Origin: an uncultured Mycoplasmatota bacterium | Lineage (GTDB): Bacteria > Bacillota_I > Bacilli_A > RF39 > UBA660 | DNA: 64,000 bases | Assembly: GCA_900552495.1 (NCBI GenBank) | Contig: URZY01000001.1 | Span: forward strand, 55,502-119,501 | Reading direction: 5' to 3' | In this document: one piece after another, positions 50,166-59,280 of the stretch | Layout: the number at the start of each line of letters is the position of its first letter | How positions within the stretch are numbered: position 1 is the stretch's first letter | Notes under the pieces: generated by a model | The model's database searches: none | What the model saw: the letters and a program-made list of their open reading frames with translations, nothing else | Told to the model about the DNA's origin: nothing | Translations under genes and position numbers: made by a program

Positions 50166-52733
50166 ATGTTTGATAAAATAACATTTATTAGTGATGAGGG
50201 TGCGACAATCAGATTGAAAGATAGTGAAAATCTTACAATGAATTTAATGAATTTGCATTTGGTTTTTGAAGACGAAACAAAAAAGATATTAGGGGAAGTT
50301 AATGATGTTAATGGTGATACTGTAAATGCTAGTTTTTTAGGGGAAATTGTTGGAAATAGATTTTTAGGTGGTACCATTAGAAAACCACGCTTGGATGCTA
50401 AAATTCGTGTTATTAATAATGATGAGATTCAATTAATTACAGGACGGGATGAAAGAGGATTTATGAAATTGGGAAATACCCCTTTTTATGAAGGATCCTC
50501 AGTATTTTTGGATGTTAATAATTTTTTTAGTAGTCATTTTGCAATTTTTGGTAATAGTGGTTCTGGTAAATCATGTGGTATTTCAAGATTATTCCAAAAT
50601 ATGTTTAGAGATGAGAGACTTAATCCATGTAATGCTAATATTATTATGTTAGATTCATCTGGTGAATATTATAATGCCTTTAGCAATTTAAATAGTATAA
50701 ATCAAAATTTTCACTATCGATTCATTAGTACTAATGAGAATGCTCCAGGAAGTGATAGTTTAAGAATTCCTATTTATTTATTGAATGTTGATGATTTAGC
50801 CTTATTATTACAAGTAACTACTCATTCACAATTGCCAATTGTTGAAAGAATGAGAAAATTAGCATTAGTTTTTTCTCAAAAGGATATGGATGCTAATAAT
50901 TATAAAAATCATTTGATTGCAAAAGCAATAATGACTATTCTATATACAAATGAGACTGCACCAAATAAAAGAAATGAAGTTTTTTCAATTTTAGCTAGTT
51001 GTTCTACCCCCCAATTTAATTTGGAAGCAGTTGTACAAGGAATTGGTTATACGAGAAAGTTTCGAGAGTGCTTTTTAATTGATAATAGTGGTAATTTTTC
51101 TGAAAGTGTTTTACTTACAGAATATGTTTCTTCATTTATTGATGATGAACTTGATTCTTATGAGCCAGCAGATGGGGCTTTTTATACATTAGATACGTTG
51201 GAAAAGGCTCTTAATTTTACATTGATTAGTGAAGGTTGGTTAAGAAATAAAAATACTTATGGTGATGCTGTTACGTTAAAAGTTCGTTTGCATTCATTAA
51301 TTGTTAGTAACAATGCTTCGTTTTTTGATGTTCGGGAATATTTAACGGTTGAACAATATTTAAAGTCTTTAGTTAATAAGGATGGACGAAAGTACCAGTT
51401 TGTTAATATTAATTTGGATGATGTTGATGATAGTTTTGCTAAGGTAATTACGAAGATTTTTTCGAGATTAATATTTGATCATTCCAAAGCGTTAGTTCAA
51501 AGAGCTAGTGATCCTTTTCATATTATTGTTGAAGAAGCACATCGTTATATTCAAAATGATACGGATAGATTTTTGCTTGGATATAACATTTTTGAGAGGA
51601 TTGCTAAAGAAGGACGTAAATATGGTGTTATTCTTGGTATTATTACACAAAGACCGGTAGAACTTTCAGATACTGTAATTTCTCAGTGTTCTAACTTTTT
51701 AATTTTTAAAATGAACCATCCTGTTGATCTTGAGTATATTAGAAAAATGGTTCCAAATATTAGTGATGAAATTGTGGAAAAACAAAAGAATTTACAGGCT
51801 GGAACTTGTTTAGGTTTTGGAAGCGCTTTTAGAATTCCGATGATTGTTAGAATGGATATGCCGGATCCTGCACCTTGGAGTGGAAACTGTGATGTTGTTT
51901 CTTATTGGGGAGGAGGTTCAGCTGTTACTACTAAGCCTGCTACTAATGTTGAGTCAGTAACGACTACTAGTAATGGGGCGATTCCAGAAATTGCGACAAG
52001 TCCATCGACGACTACTAATGTGGTAGGAATTTTGGAGCCAGTGGCACCTAGCGATGTTACAAATGCTAAAGAGACTAGTTTGGTTACTTTAGCTGATGGT
52101 AACTCGGTTTCAACGCATGGTAATGGTCAGTTTGGGTTGTTAAGTGATGATGGGACAAATGCGGCTGGTGAGAAACGTGTAGAAGAAGATTTGGATGGTG
52201 TGCCAATTGTAACATCTAATCCAATGCCACCGGTTAGTTCATTTGTGGATCCTAGTGTTTCGGCTATGGAAGTTGCGCCTTCAAATGGTGGTAGTCAAAC
52301 ACTAGTTAATTTCTTAGGTGGAGAGACTTTTAAAACACAAAATATGACAGTTAATACTGTTGCTGAAGAAAAACCACAGGCTGTAGAGCCGGCACCAACA
52401 TTGGTTTCGTTTAATAGTGCTAGTAATGTTACTATGGATAATTCTAATACTTTAACTCAGGTACCAGGACAAATGCTAAATACTAATTCCCCTGTTAGCG
52501 CGCTTGATGTTAATAATGTTTCACCAGGCGATGAAAATCAAAAAGATACATTTGGTAAACCTGATGTTACAAATATAAATAATTTTAGTCCAATAAATCC
52601 TAATATGGCATTAGTAAATGCTGTTGCTTCACAAACAGAAGGTTTTACTACTAATATACCAAGTAATATGAATTTAGCTAGTGATGGAGATAGTGGAGTA
52701 GCAACGGGAACAGAAATGGTAAAATTTGTATAA
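50166..52733 (+). CDS. HerA/FtsK-superfamily (DUF87-like) ATPase with an N-terminal HAS-barrel-like domain and a ~290-aa disordered S/T/N/P/V-rich C-terminal tail.
   Basis: Walker A FGNSGSGKSCG, Walker B/DEAH-like HIIVEEAHRY, TQRP sensor region ITQRPVELSDTVISQCSNFLIFKM. Residues ~560-855 are low-complexity with no TM helix. Own promoter and terminator. No partner nuclease gene nearby. Confidence 0.8.
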   Translation: MFDKITFISDEGATIRLKDSENLTMNLMNLHLVFEDETKKILGEVNDVNGDTVNASFLGEIVGNRFLGGTIRKPRLDAKIRVINNDEIQLITGRDERGFMKLGNTPFYEGSSVFLDVNNFFSSHFAIFGNSGSGKSCGISRLFQNMFRDERLNPCNANIIMLDSSGEYYNAFSNLNSINQNFHYRFISTNENAPGSDSLRIPIYLLNVDDLALLLQVTTHSQLPIVERMRKLALVFSQKDMDANNYKNHLIAKAIMTILYTNETAPNKRNEVFSILASCSTPQFNLEAVVQGIGYTRKFRECFLIDNSGNFSESVLLTEYVSSFIDDELDSYEPADGAFYTLDTLEKALNFTLISEGWLRNKNTYGDAVTLKVRLHSLIVSNNASFFDVREYLTVEQYLKSLVNKDGRKYQFVNINLDDVDDSFAKVITKIFSRLIFDHSKALVQRASDPFHIIVEEAHRYIQNDTDRFLLGYNIFERIAKEGRKYGVILGIITQRPVELSDTVISQCSNFLIFKMNHPVDLEYIRKMVPNISDEIVEKQKNLQAGTCLGFGSAFRIPMIVRMDMPDPAPWSGNCDVVSYWGGGSAVTTKPATNVESVTTTSNGAIPEIATSPSTTTNVVGILEPVAPSDVTNAKETSLVTLADGNSVSTHGNGQFGLLSDDGTNAAGEKRVEEDLDGVPIVTSNPMPPVSSFVDPSVSAMEVAPSNGGSQTLVNFLGGETFKTQNMTVNTVAEEKPQAVEPAPTLVSFNSASNVTMDNSNTLTQVPGQMLNTNSPVSALDVNNVSPGDENQKDTFGKPDVTNINNFSPINPNMALVNAVASQTEGFTTNIPSNMNLASDGDSGVATGTEMVKFV

Positions 52734-52747
52734 TATAGAGATAGAAA

Positions 52748-52780
52748 ATAGTATAGAGATATACTATTTTTTGTTTTTTA
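52748..52780 (+). terminator. Rho-independent terminator after the HerA-like gene.
   Basis: AATAGTATA-gaga-TATACTATT followed by TTTTTGTTTTTT. Confidence 0.65.
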
Positions 52781-52816
52781 GGTTTTTTTTTGCTATAATA
52801 AATTTAGGTGATATAT

Positions 52817-54124
52817 ATGTTTGAAAGTTTAGGCGAAAGATTACAAAATGCATTACATAAAATTAAGGGATATGGAAAAATTACAGAAGATAATATTTCT
52901 TTGATGATGCGAGAGATTAGATTAGCTTTGCTGGAAGCAGATGTTAATTATAAAGTAGTCAAGGAGTTTACAAATACGGTAAAGGAAAAAGCTTTAGGTG
53001 AAGAAGTTATTAGTAGTATTAATCCTGGAGATTTATTCGTTAAAATTGTAAAAGATGAGTTATGCGAATTGTTGGGGGGAGAAAATGCACCACTTAATAC
53101 CAATGGTAATCCAGCTATTTTGATGTTAGTTGGTTTACAAGGTTCTGGTAAAACAACTACAATTGGAAAGTTAGCAAATTTTTTGCGAAAAAAGCACAGT
53201 AAAAAGCCTCTATTAGTTGCTTGTGATGTTTATAGACCAGCAGCTATCGATCAGTTAAAACAGCTTGGTAAGCAATTAAATATTGAAGTGTATGATGAAG
53301 GTAAAAATGATCCGGTAAAAATTGCGACTAATGCTTTGAATTATGCAAAAGAAAATGGTTATGATTATGTACTTGTTGATACTGCAGGTAGACTACATAT
53401 TGATGAAGAATTGATGGATGAATTGGATTGTATTAAGAATAATATTAATCCGCAGGAAATATTATTAGTTATAGATTCAATGATGGGACAAGATGCTATT
53501 AATGTAATTACTGGCTTTAATGATAAATTACCACTCACAGGTGTTATTTTAACTAAATTAGATGGTGATACCCGTGGCGGAGTAGCATTGTCTGTTAGAC
53601 ATTTGACTAATGTACCAATAAAGTTTATGGGTACTTCAGAAAAATTGGATGGGTTGGAACTTTTTGATCCAGAGCGTATGGCCGGTAGAATTTTAGGAAT
53701 GGGAGATATTATTTCTCTTGTTGAAAAAGCTACCGAAGTGATTGATGAGAAGGAAGCTGAGAAAGCAGCAAAGAAAATGCAGCAAGGTAAATTTGATTTA
53801 GAAGACTTTTTATCAACGATGAAACAAGTGAAAAAACTTGGTCCTTTAGAAAAACTTATAAAAATGATTCCTGGAGCGCAGAAGATGGGACTTACTAATA
53901 TAGAAATTGATCCAAAGCAAATGGCTCATGTTGAAGCAATTGTCTTGTCGATGACGCCAAAGGAAAGAAGAAATCCTGATATTATTAAAGCAAGTCGTAA
54001 AACAAGAATTGCGGCGGGAAGTGGTAGATCTGTTCAAGAAGTAAATAGATTACTTCAGCAATTTGATCAAATGAAAAAAATGATGAAACAAATATCAAAT
54101 GGTAATATGAAGTTACCGTTTTAG
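52817..54124 (+). CDS. ffh: Signal recognition particle protein Ffh.
   Basis: GLQGSGKTTTIGK, DTAGR, TKLDGDTRGG and an M-domain at the C-terminus. Own extended -10 (TGCTATAAT). Confidence 0.95.
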   Translation: MFESLGERLQNALHKIKGYGKITEDNISLMMREIRLALLEADVNYKVVKEFTNTVKEKALGEEVISSINPGDLFVKIVKDELCELLGGENAPLNTNGNPAILMLVGLQGSGKTTTIGKLANFLRKKHSKKPLLVACDVYRPAAIDQLKQLGKQLNIEVYDEGKNDPVKIATNALNYAKENGYDYVLVDTAGRLHIDEELMDELDCIKNNINPQEILLVIDSMMGQDAINVITGFNDKLPLTGVILTKLDGDTRGGVALSVRHLTNVPIKFMGTSEKLDGLELFDPERMAGRILGMGDIISLVEKATEVIDEKEAEKAAKKMQQGKFDLEDFLSTMKQVKKLGPLEKLIKMIPGAQKMGLTNIEIDPKQMAHVEAIVLSMTPKERRNPDIIKASRKTRIAAGSGRSVQEVNRLLQQFDQMKKMMKQISNGNMKLPF

Positions 54125-54136
54125 GAGGATAAGAAT

Positions 54137-54682
54137 ATGAATATAAGTGAAGTTAAAAAAATGATTGAAGGGGCAAGTTATGAAGAGAAGATTCAGGTAT
54201 TAGAAAATATCTGTAGAAGAGTTGGAGACCGCTTAGAAAATGGTTATTTGGGAAGTAGTGTAGCTAATATTTCTTATGATGATTTTGGATATGTGGAATT
54301 TCAATCAGAGAAAGTTGAAGAGGCGATAACAACACAGTCTAAGGGAACTGTTTTAGATAATTCGGTTATTATAATGCAAGTTCAACAAAGTACTACAAAT
54401 AAATTGCTAAATCTTTATTCATGGAAATTAGATGGGAGTAGTTATACGTATTTTGCATTTGATAGTAAAGCAGCCTTGGAACACGCTTATCAGGCTATAA
54501 AAAAGGCTAATAAGGTATTTTTGGCTGAAAATTTAGATAATGATTTACAGGAACTTGGAATTATGTATCGTGATATTATGAATGTGAAAGTTGCTGTTAA
54601 AGTAGGAGAGATGCCAATTCAAACCGAGATGACAACAGAAGATATGCAACAATCAGAATTATTAACTTCATTTAGTGTATAA
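54137..54682 (+). CDS. Hypothetical protein (181 aa) translationally coupled to ffh.
   Basis: AGGAGG RBS, 13 nt after the ffh stop. No recognisable motif. A terminator follows. Confidence 0.55.
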   Translation: MNISEVKKMIEGASYEEKIQVLENICRRVGDRLENGYLGSSVANISYDDFGYVEFQSEKVEEAITTQSKGTVLDNSVIIMQVQQSTTNKLLNLYSWKLDGSSYTYFAFDSKAALEHAYQAIKKANKVFLAENLDNDLQELGIMYRDIMNVKVAVKVGEMPIQTEMTTEDMQQSELLTSFSV

Positions 54683-54710
54683 GAATTACGGTTTAGTAAT
54701 TCTTTTTTTG
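54682..54710 (+). terminator. Rho-independent terminator.
   Basis: AGAATTAC-ggttta-GTAATTCT followed by TTTTTTT. Confidence 0.65.
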
Positions 54711-54811
54711 TTAAAAATTATTATTAAAAAAGGTCTAAATTAAATAGGATATTTAATAAGTTTTTGTGTCTCAAATTTTTAAGAAACATATTATAAGGTA
54801 GGAGGTATATT

Positions 54812-55039
54812 ATGTTTGATCAAGGTATGAATCAAAATTTTGGTTTTGATAATCAAGTTGTTGGAAACAACAATACAATTGAAAATGATATGAATGTTGA
54901 TGTTACAATGATGGGAATGAATAATATGATGCAGGATAATATGAATGGTTATAATGCTCCAATTAATGAAGGTGTTCAACAAAGAGTGGTAAACAGAACT
55001 TTTGTTCATGAGGTTCCACAAGTGAGTCCTTTTATGTAA
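54812..55039 (+). CDS. Small CotD-like spore coat protein (75 aa, N/M/Q-rich).
   Basis: RBS AGGAGGT. C-terminal VVNRTFVHEVPQVSPF resembles the CotD family repeat. Own terminator. Confidence 0.45.
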   Translation: MFDQGMNQNFGFDNQVVGNNNTIENDMNVDVTMMGMNNMMQDNMNGYNAPINEGVQQRVVNRTFVHEVPQVSPFM

Positions 55040-55075
55040 GACTAGAGTAAGTGGAGTTAAATAAGTACGAGTTAA

Positions 55076-55102
55076 AGGCATTCGATAGGTGAATGTCTTT
55101 TT
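55076..55102 (+). terminator. Rho-independent terminator.
   Basis: AGGCATTC-gataggt-GAATGTCT (one G-U pair) followed by TTTTT. Confidence 0.55.
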
Positions 55103-55144
55103 GTGTGGTATAATTTAATTAGTAAATCTCGTGGAGGTATAAAA

Positions 55145-55744
55145 ATGAAATTAGTGAAATTAAAATGTCAAGGTTGTGGAGCAATATTGAAGGTAAACGA
55201 AGAATTGAAAAAAGTTACTTGTAATTATTGTGGTACAGATTTTTTAGTAGATGACGAAGTTAAAAGAGTCGAAATAACAAAAAATATTAATCATCATAAG
55301 ATTTATACTGATGAAGCAAAAATAAAAGAAAATGAAAGAAAGATAAAGGAATTAGAATATAAAGATAAAGGAAAAAAACGTGATAATATTGTGATTTTTG
55401 TTTGTTTTGGTATTATGATATTTATGGGTTTATTTTCTGTTGGTATGTCGTTTTATTATGATAAACAGAGTGAACCTGATAAGCATGAACTAAAAGTACC
55501 TATGAGTGCAAAAAAATATAGGGGAGAAAACTATGAAGTTGTTGTTCAGCAATTAGAAGATGCTGGATTTGAAAATGTTGAATCAAAAGCAATAAAGGAT
55601 TTAGTTACTGGATGGATGACAAAAGATGGTGAGGTTGAAAGTGTTTCTATTGTTGGTGATACAGGATTTGAAGAAGGTGAAATATTTTCAAAAGATTCTG
55701 AGGTTGTTGTGACATATCATACTTTTAAGAAGGAGAAGAAATGA
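55145..55744 (+). CDS. Zinc-ribbon / single-TM protein with a C-terminal beta-rich domain.
   Basis: CQGCG...CNYCG zinc ribbon, a TM helix (IVIFVCFGIMIFMGLFSVGMSFYY), then ~95 aa of soluble domain. Own extended -10 promoter and GGAGGT RBS. Confidence 0.6.
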   Translation: MKLVKLKCQGCGAILKVNEELKKVTCNYCGTDFLVDDEVKRVEITKNINHHKIYTDEAKIKENERKIKELEYKDKGKKRDNIVIFVCFGIMIFMGLFSVGMSFYYDKQSEPDKHELKVPMSAKKYRGENYEVVVQQLEDAGFENVESKAIKDLVTGWMTKDGEVESVSIVGDTGFEEGEIFSKDSEVVVTYHTFKKEKK

Positions 55745-57033
55745 AATTAAAATTGGGAAACAAAAATAGTAAATCAATAATTGAAAATAATTTTGAAAAG
55801 AAAAAATTAATTGATAATAATAGCATACTTATTATAAAAAACTATTTGAATGAAGATATTATAAGGATTAACAATAGTGTTGCTGTTATTGAAAATAAGA
55901 ATAATTACATTCAATTAGCGGAAGATGTTGTTCCAAGGGTTGATGCAATATTTAAATCAGTTCCAGAGATTGCAGAAGTAATTTCCAGTAAAGATGTATA
56001 TGAAGTTATTTATGATAAAGGTTTAGGCACACTTCAAAAATCAGCAAAACATCCAGGTTATGTGCTTGGAAACATTGTTGATTCTTCAACTAATACAAAT
56101 TATAAAGGTTCTGCATTATTAAAACCTGTATCTGGAGTTCAACAAGCTGTCGGTTCAGTTTTTTCTGTGATGTCAGTTGCTACAGGTCAATATTATATGG
56201 ATAAAATAGATAATAAACTTGAATCAATCTTTTCAGATGTAGAACAAATTAAGAGTTTTTTGAGTGATGATAAAAAAAGTAATTTAGAGAGTTATGAACA
56301 TTATTTTCGCAATGTAATTAATAATTTGCAAGTATGCTATGATAATGAAAACTATAAAAGTGCTGTGTTAAACGAATTACAATCTATTCAAAATAATATA
56401 TATAGTTCTATTCAACTTTATAAAAAACAAATAAATAAACATAAAGAAAAAGTTAATCAAAAAGATAAGGCAAAAGTTGTCGTTGAAAATATAAGCGAAT
56501 TATGCGAGTTGATTTCGTCATATAAATATTCTGTAACTTTATATATGTACTGTAAATTATTAGAAATTATTGTTTCTGAAATAAGTGATGAAATTTATTT
56601 AAATTCTATTATAGATGATTTAAATAATATTCAAAATGATCATAAAGTGAATTTTTCTGAATGGGAAGAAATATATAATAAATATATAAATTCTGCTAAA
56701 GCATATAAAGAAAGTGAGATATTAAATGTTGTATCACATTTTAAAGATAATAGTTTTATTTCAAATAATTTAATGCTTAATTTAGGAGTGAAATTAGTTG
56801 GGCATGGTGCTGATATTTGGTATAACAAGGATAAAGAAAAGAAGCAAAACGAAAAGAGTAAACAAATAGATTCAATAAAAATACTATTTAAAGATAATTC
56901 AGAAGAATTAAAAAAATATACAAAATATTTGTCTTATTATAGTAGTTTGTACAATAAACCACTTAAAGTTATTAAGGATAATAATCAAGTTTATATAGAA
57001 TTGTTAGAAGATAATAATAACAGCACAAAATAA
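55741..57033 (+). CDS. Hypothetical protein (430 aa) translationally coupled to the upstream zinc-ribbon protein.
   Basis: ATGA overlap with the upstream gene. N/K-rich, no TM helix, no recognisable motif. Confidence 0.55.
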   Translation: MKLKLGNKNSKSIIENNFEKKKLIDNNSILIIKNYLNEDIIRINNSVAVIENKNNYIQLAEDVVPRVDAIFKSVPEIAEVISSKDVYEVIYDKGLGTLQKSAKHPGYVLGNIVDSSTNTNYKGSALLKPVSGVQQAVGSVFSVMSVATGQYYMDKIDNKLESIFSDVEQIKSFLSDDKKSNLESYEHYFRNVINNLQVCYDNENYKSAVLNELQSIQNNIYSSIQLYKKQINKHKEKVNQKDKAKVVVENISELCELISSYKYSVTLYMYCKLLEIIVSEISDEIYLNSIIDDLNNIQNDHKVNFSEWEEIYNKYINSAKAYKESEILNVVSHFKDNSFISNNLMLNLGVKLVGHGADIWYNKDKEKKQNEKSKQIDSIKILFKDNSEELKKYTKYLSYYSSLYNKPLKVIKDNNQVYIELLEDNNNSTK

Positions 57034-57240
57034 ACACAAAATTTCTACTAAATAAACCATGGATTCCAAATTATATATGTTAGAATGTGACTAAATAAGC
57101 TTATTTTGAAAGAAGAGTTAGCTATAACTTTTCTTTTTTTGTGTAATCTCGGTAAATGTGTTAATTTTTAAATCACCGGAATTTGTTAGAACCTATATAA
57201 ATAAAGGGATAAATCGAGTTTTTACTTGATAATGGGATTG

Positions 57241-57258
57241 ATTTTGCAAGTGCAAAAT
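57241..57258. repeat. Perfect 18-bp palindrome ATTTTGCAAGTGCAAAAT in the non-coding stretch upstream of the recombinase gene.
   Basis: Read directly from the sequence. 8-bp arms around an AG centre. Confidence 0.7.
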
Positions 57259-57646
57259 ATGTTTGGTGTCATATAAAACATTGAAATTACTTGGTAATTT
57301 TAATGTTGCGGCACCACGCTCTTATCCTGATATAAAAATTACTATTAAAAATAGTGGTTTTTGGGATTGGTAATTTTAGACCTTATTGGTCTTTTTTATT
57401 GGAATAAAGGAAGTGTAGTAATGAATAATCATAGTACTGAAGTCATAAGTTTTTTTATAGTAATGAGGATGATTTAATAATGGGAGATTATAATATTAAT
57501 GTTATTTTTAGTGAGGATAATATTTCTTTAGAAGATATCTTTACTAAAGTATTATTAAAAGAACTCTTAATGATTTTGAAAAAGGAAAATAATATGATAG
57601 AGTCATCTTGTACTTATTTATCTCTAAATAAAGATGGAGGTAAGAA

Positions 57647-59233
57647 TTGAATTATTTAGAGAGTTTAAATAAGATTTATAATGTTGGTATTTATATAAGA
57701 TTATCTAGAGAAGATGATGAGAAGATTTATGAAAGTGAAAGCATTACTAATCAAAAGAGTTTATTACTTCAGTATGTTAAAGAAAATAATTTAAGAGTTT
57801 TTGATATATATGTTGATGATGGTTATTCAGGTACAAATTTTGATAGACCTGGTTTTAAAAGATTAATTAATGATATTGAATCTAAAAAGATTAATATGGT
57901 TATTACCAAAGATATGTCTAGGTTAGGCAGAGATTATATTGGTACTGGTAATTTAATTGAAAAGTATTTTCCAGAACATAATGTTAGATATATTGCTGTT
58001 ACTGATAATATTGATACTTACTTAGATAATTCCAATAATGATATAGCACCGTTTAAAGCAATAATGAATGATATGTATGCTAAAGATATATCTAAAAAAA
58101 TAAAATCTAGTTTAAGAGCAAAACAAAAAGAAGGTAAATGGGTTGGGGGAAGATGTCCTTTTGGATATATGCAAGAGCCTAATGATAAAAATCATTTAGT
58201 TATTAACGAAGAACAAGCTATTATTGTTAGAAGAATATATGATATGTGTTTAGAAGGATTATCTTTTTTTAAGATAGCTAAAAAATTAACTGATGAAAGA
58301 GTTAAGACTCCTGCACAATATTATAGTTTTGAATGGAAGAGTAATTATAATTTAAAGTTAGGTGAATGGCATTCTAAATCAATAAGAGATATTTTAACTA
58401 ATCAAATTTATACTGGCGATTTAGTACAAAATAGAAGAAGTAAAGTTAATTATAAAGTTAAAAAAGTCGTTAGAAATAATCCTAAAGATTATATTATAGT
58501 TGAAGGAACACATGAACCTATTATTGATAAAGAAATTTTTTATGAAGTTCAAAAGAGAATACCAAAGAATGTAGGTAGAAATGAAAAGAAAGAAGTTCAT
58601 TTATTAGATGGATTAATGTATTGTGGAGATTGTGGCCATAGAATATCAGTTCAACCAAGAAGAAAAAAAGATAATAGATGTTATACAATATGTAATTATT
58701 ATAGAACTTATATAAGACAGAAATTTTGTACATTACATTGTAATAACTATGATGTTTTAGAGCAAGTTGTATTAGATACTTTAAGAAGTTATTGTCTTAA
58801 ATATTTAGATAGTAAGAAAGTAAAAGAAAGAGTATTAAGTAACTTAAATGATAATGAAGTAGATAATAGTCTAAAAGAAATTAAACTACTTGAGCAAGAA
58901 ATAAATCGTATTAATGAAAATTTAGATAGTATTTATTTAGATAAGCTTAATAAGGTGATTAGTGAAGAACAGTTTAATAGAGTAAAGATAAAATTAGAAA
59001 ATGAACTAAAGATTAAGCAAGATAAGCTAATGAAATTGATTGATTGTAGTAATGATACTTTTAATAAAGAAGAACAAAATAAAATGATTGAAAAGTATAT
59101 TAATAAATTTTTATCTATGAAAAATCCTAGTAGAGAACTTGTTATTAACCTTATTGATAGATTAGATATTTATGAAGATAAAAAACTTGATATTAAATTT
59201 ACTTTTAATGTTGAAACAAGAACAAATGTTTGA
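57647..59233 (+). CDS. Large serine recombinase (resolvase/invertase N-terminal domain, recombinase domain, zinc-ribbon/coiled-coil C-terminus).
   Basis: N-terminal YIRLSREDD...SITNQ (catalytic Ser region)...GYSGTNFDRPGFKRL...DMSRLGRD. CxxC...C...C zinc-ribbon motif around residues 325-365. 528 aa. TTG start with GGAGGT RBS. Confidence 0.85.
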   Translation: MNYLESLNKIYNVGIYIRLSREDDEKIYESESITNQKSLLLQYVKENNLRVFDIYVDDGYSGTNFDRPGFKRLINDIESKKINMVITKDMSRLGRDYIGTGNLIEKYFPEHNVRYIAVTDNIDTYLDNSNNDIAPFKAIMNDMYAKDISKKIKSSLRAKQKEGKWVGGRCPFGYMQEPNDKNHLVINEEQAIIVRRIYDMCLEGLSFFKIAKKLTDERVKTPAQYYSFEWKSNYNLKLGEWHSKSIRDILTNQIYTGDLVQNRRSKVNYKVKKVVRNNPKDYIIVEGTHEPIIDKEIFYEVQKRIPKNVGRNEKKEVHLLDGLMYCGDCGHRISVQPRRKKDNRCYTICNYYRTYIRQKFCTLHCNNYDVLEQVVLDTLRSYCLKYLDSKKVKERVLSNLNDNEVDNSLKEIKLLEQEINRINENLDSIYLDKLNKVISEEQFNRVKIKLENELKIKQDKLMKLIDCSNDTFNKEEQNKMIEKYINKFLSMKNPSRELVINLIDRLDIYEDKKLDIKFTFNVETRTNV

Positions 59234-59280
59234 TATAATATGTTTTGTAAATTGTTAAATAAAAGGGAGGCTTGGTACAT

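Noticed and set aside
50069-50377. ORF 50069..50377(-) antisense to the HerA promoter and start.
   Set aside because: Antisense to a region with a clear promoter and a 5' CDS with good codon structure.
53846-54037. ORF antisense to ffh.
   Set aside because: Shadow ORF.
54791-55081. ORF 54791..55081(-) antisense to the CotD-like gene.
   Set aside because: The plus-strand gene has an AGGAGGT RBS and a terminator. The minus ORF is low-complexity (H/I/N-rich).
56640-56828. ORF antisense to the 430-aa gene.
   Set aside because: Shadow ORF.
58521-58733. ORF antisense to the recombinase.
   Set aside because: Shadow ORF.
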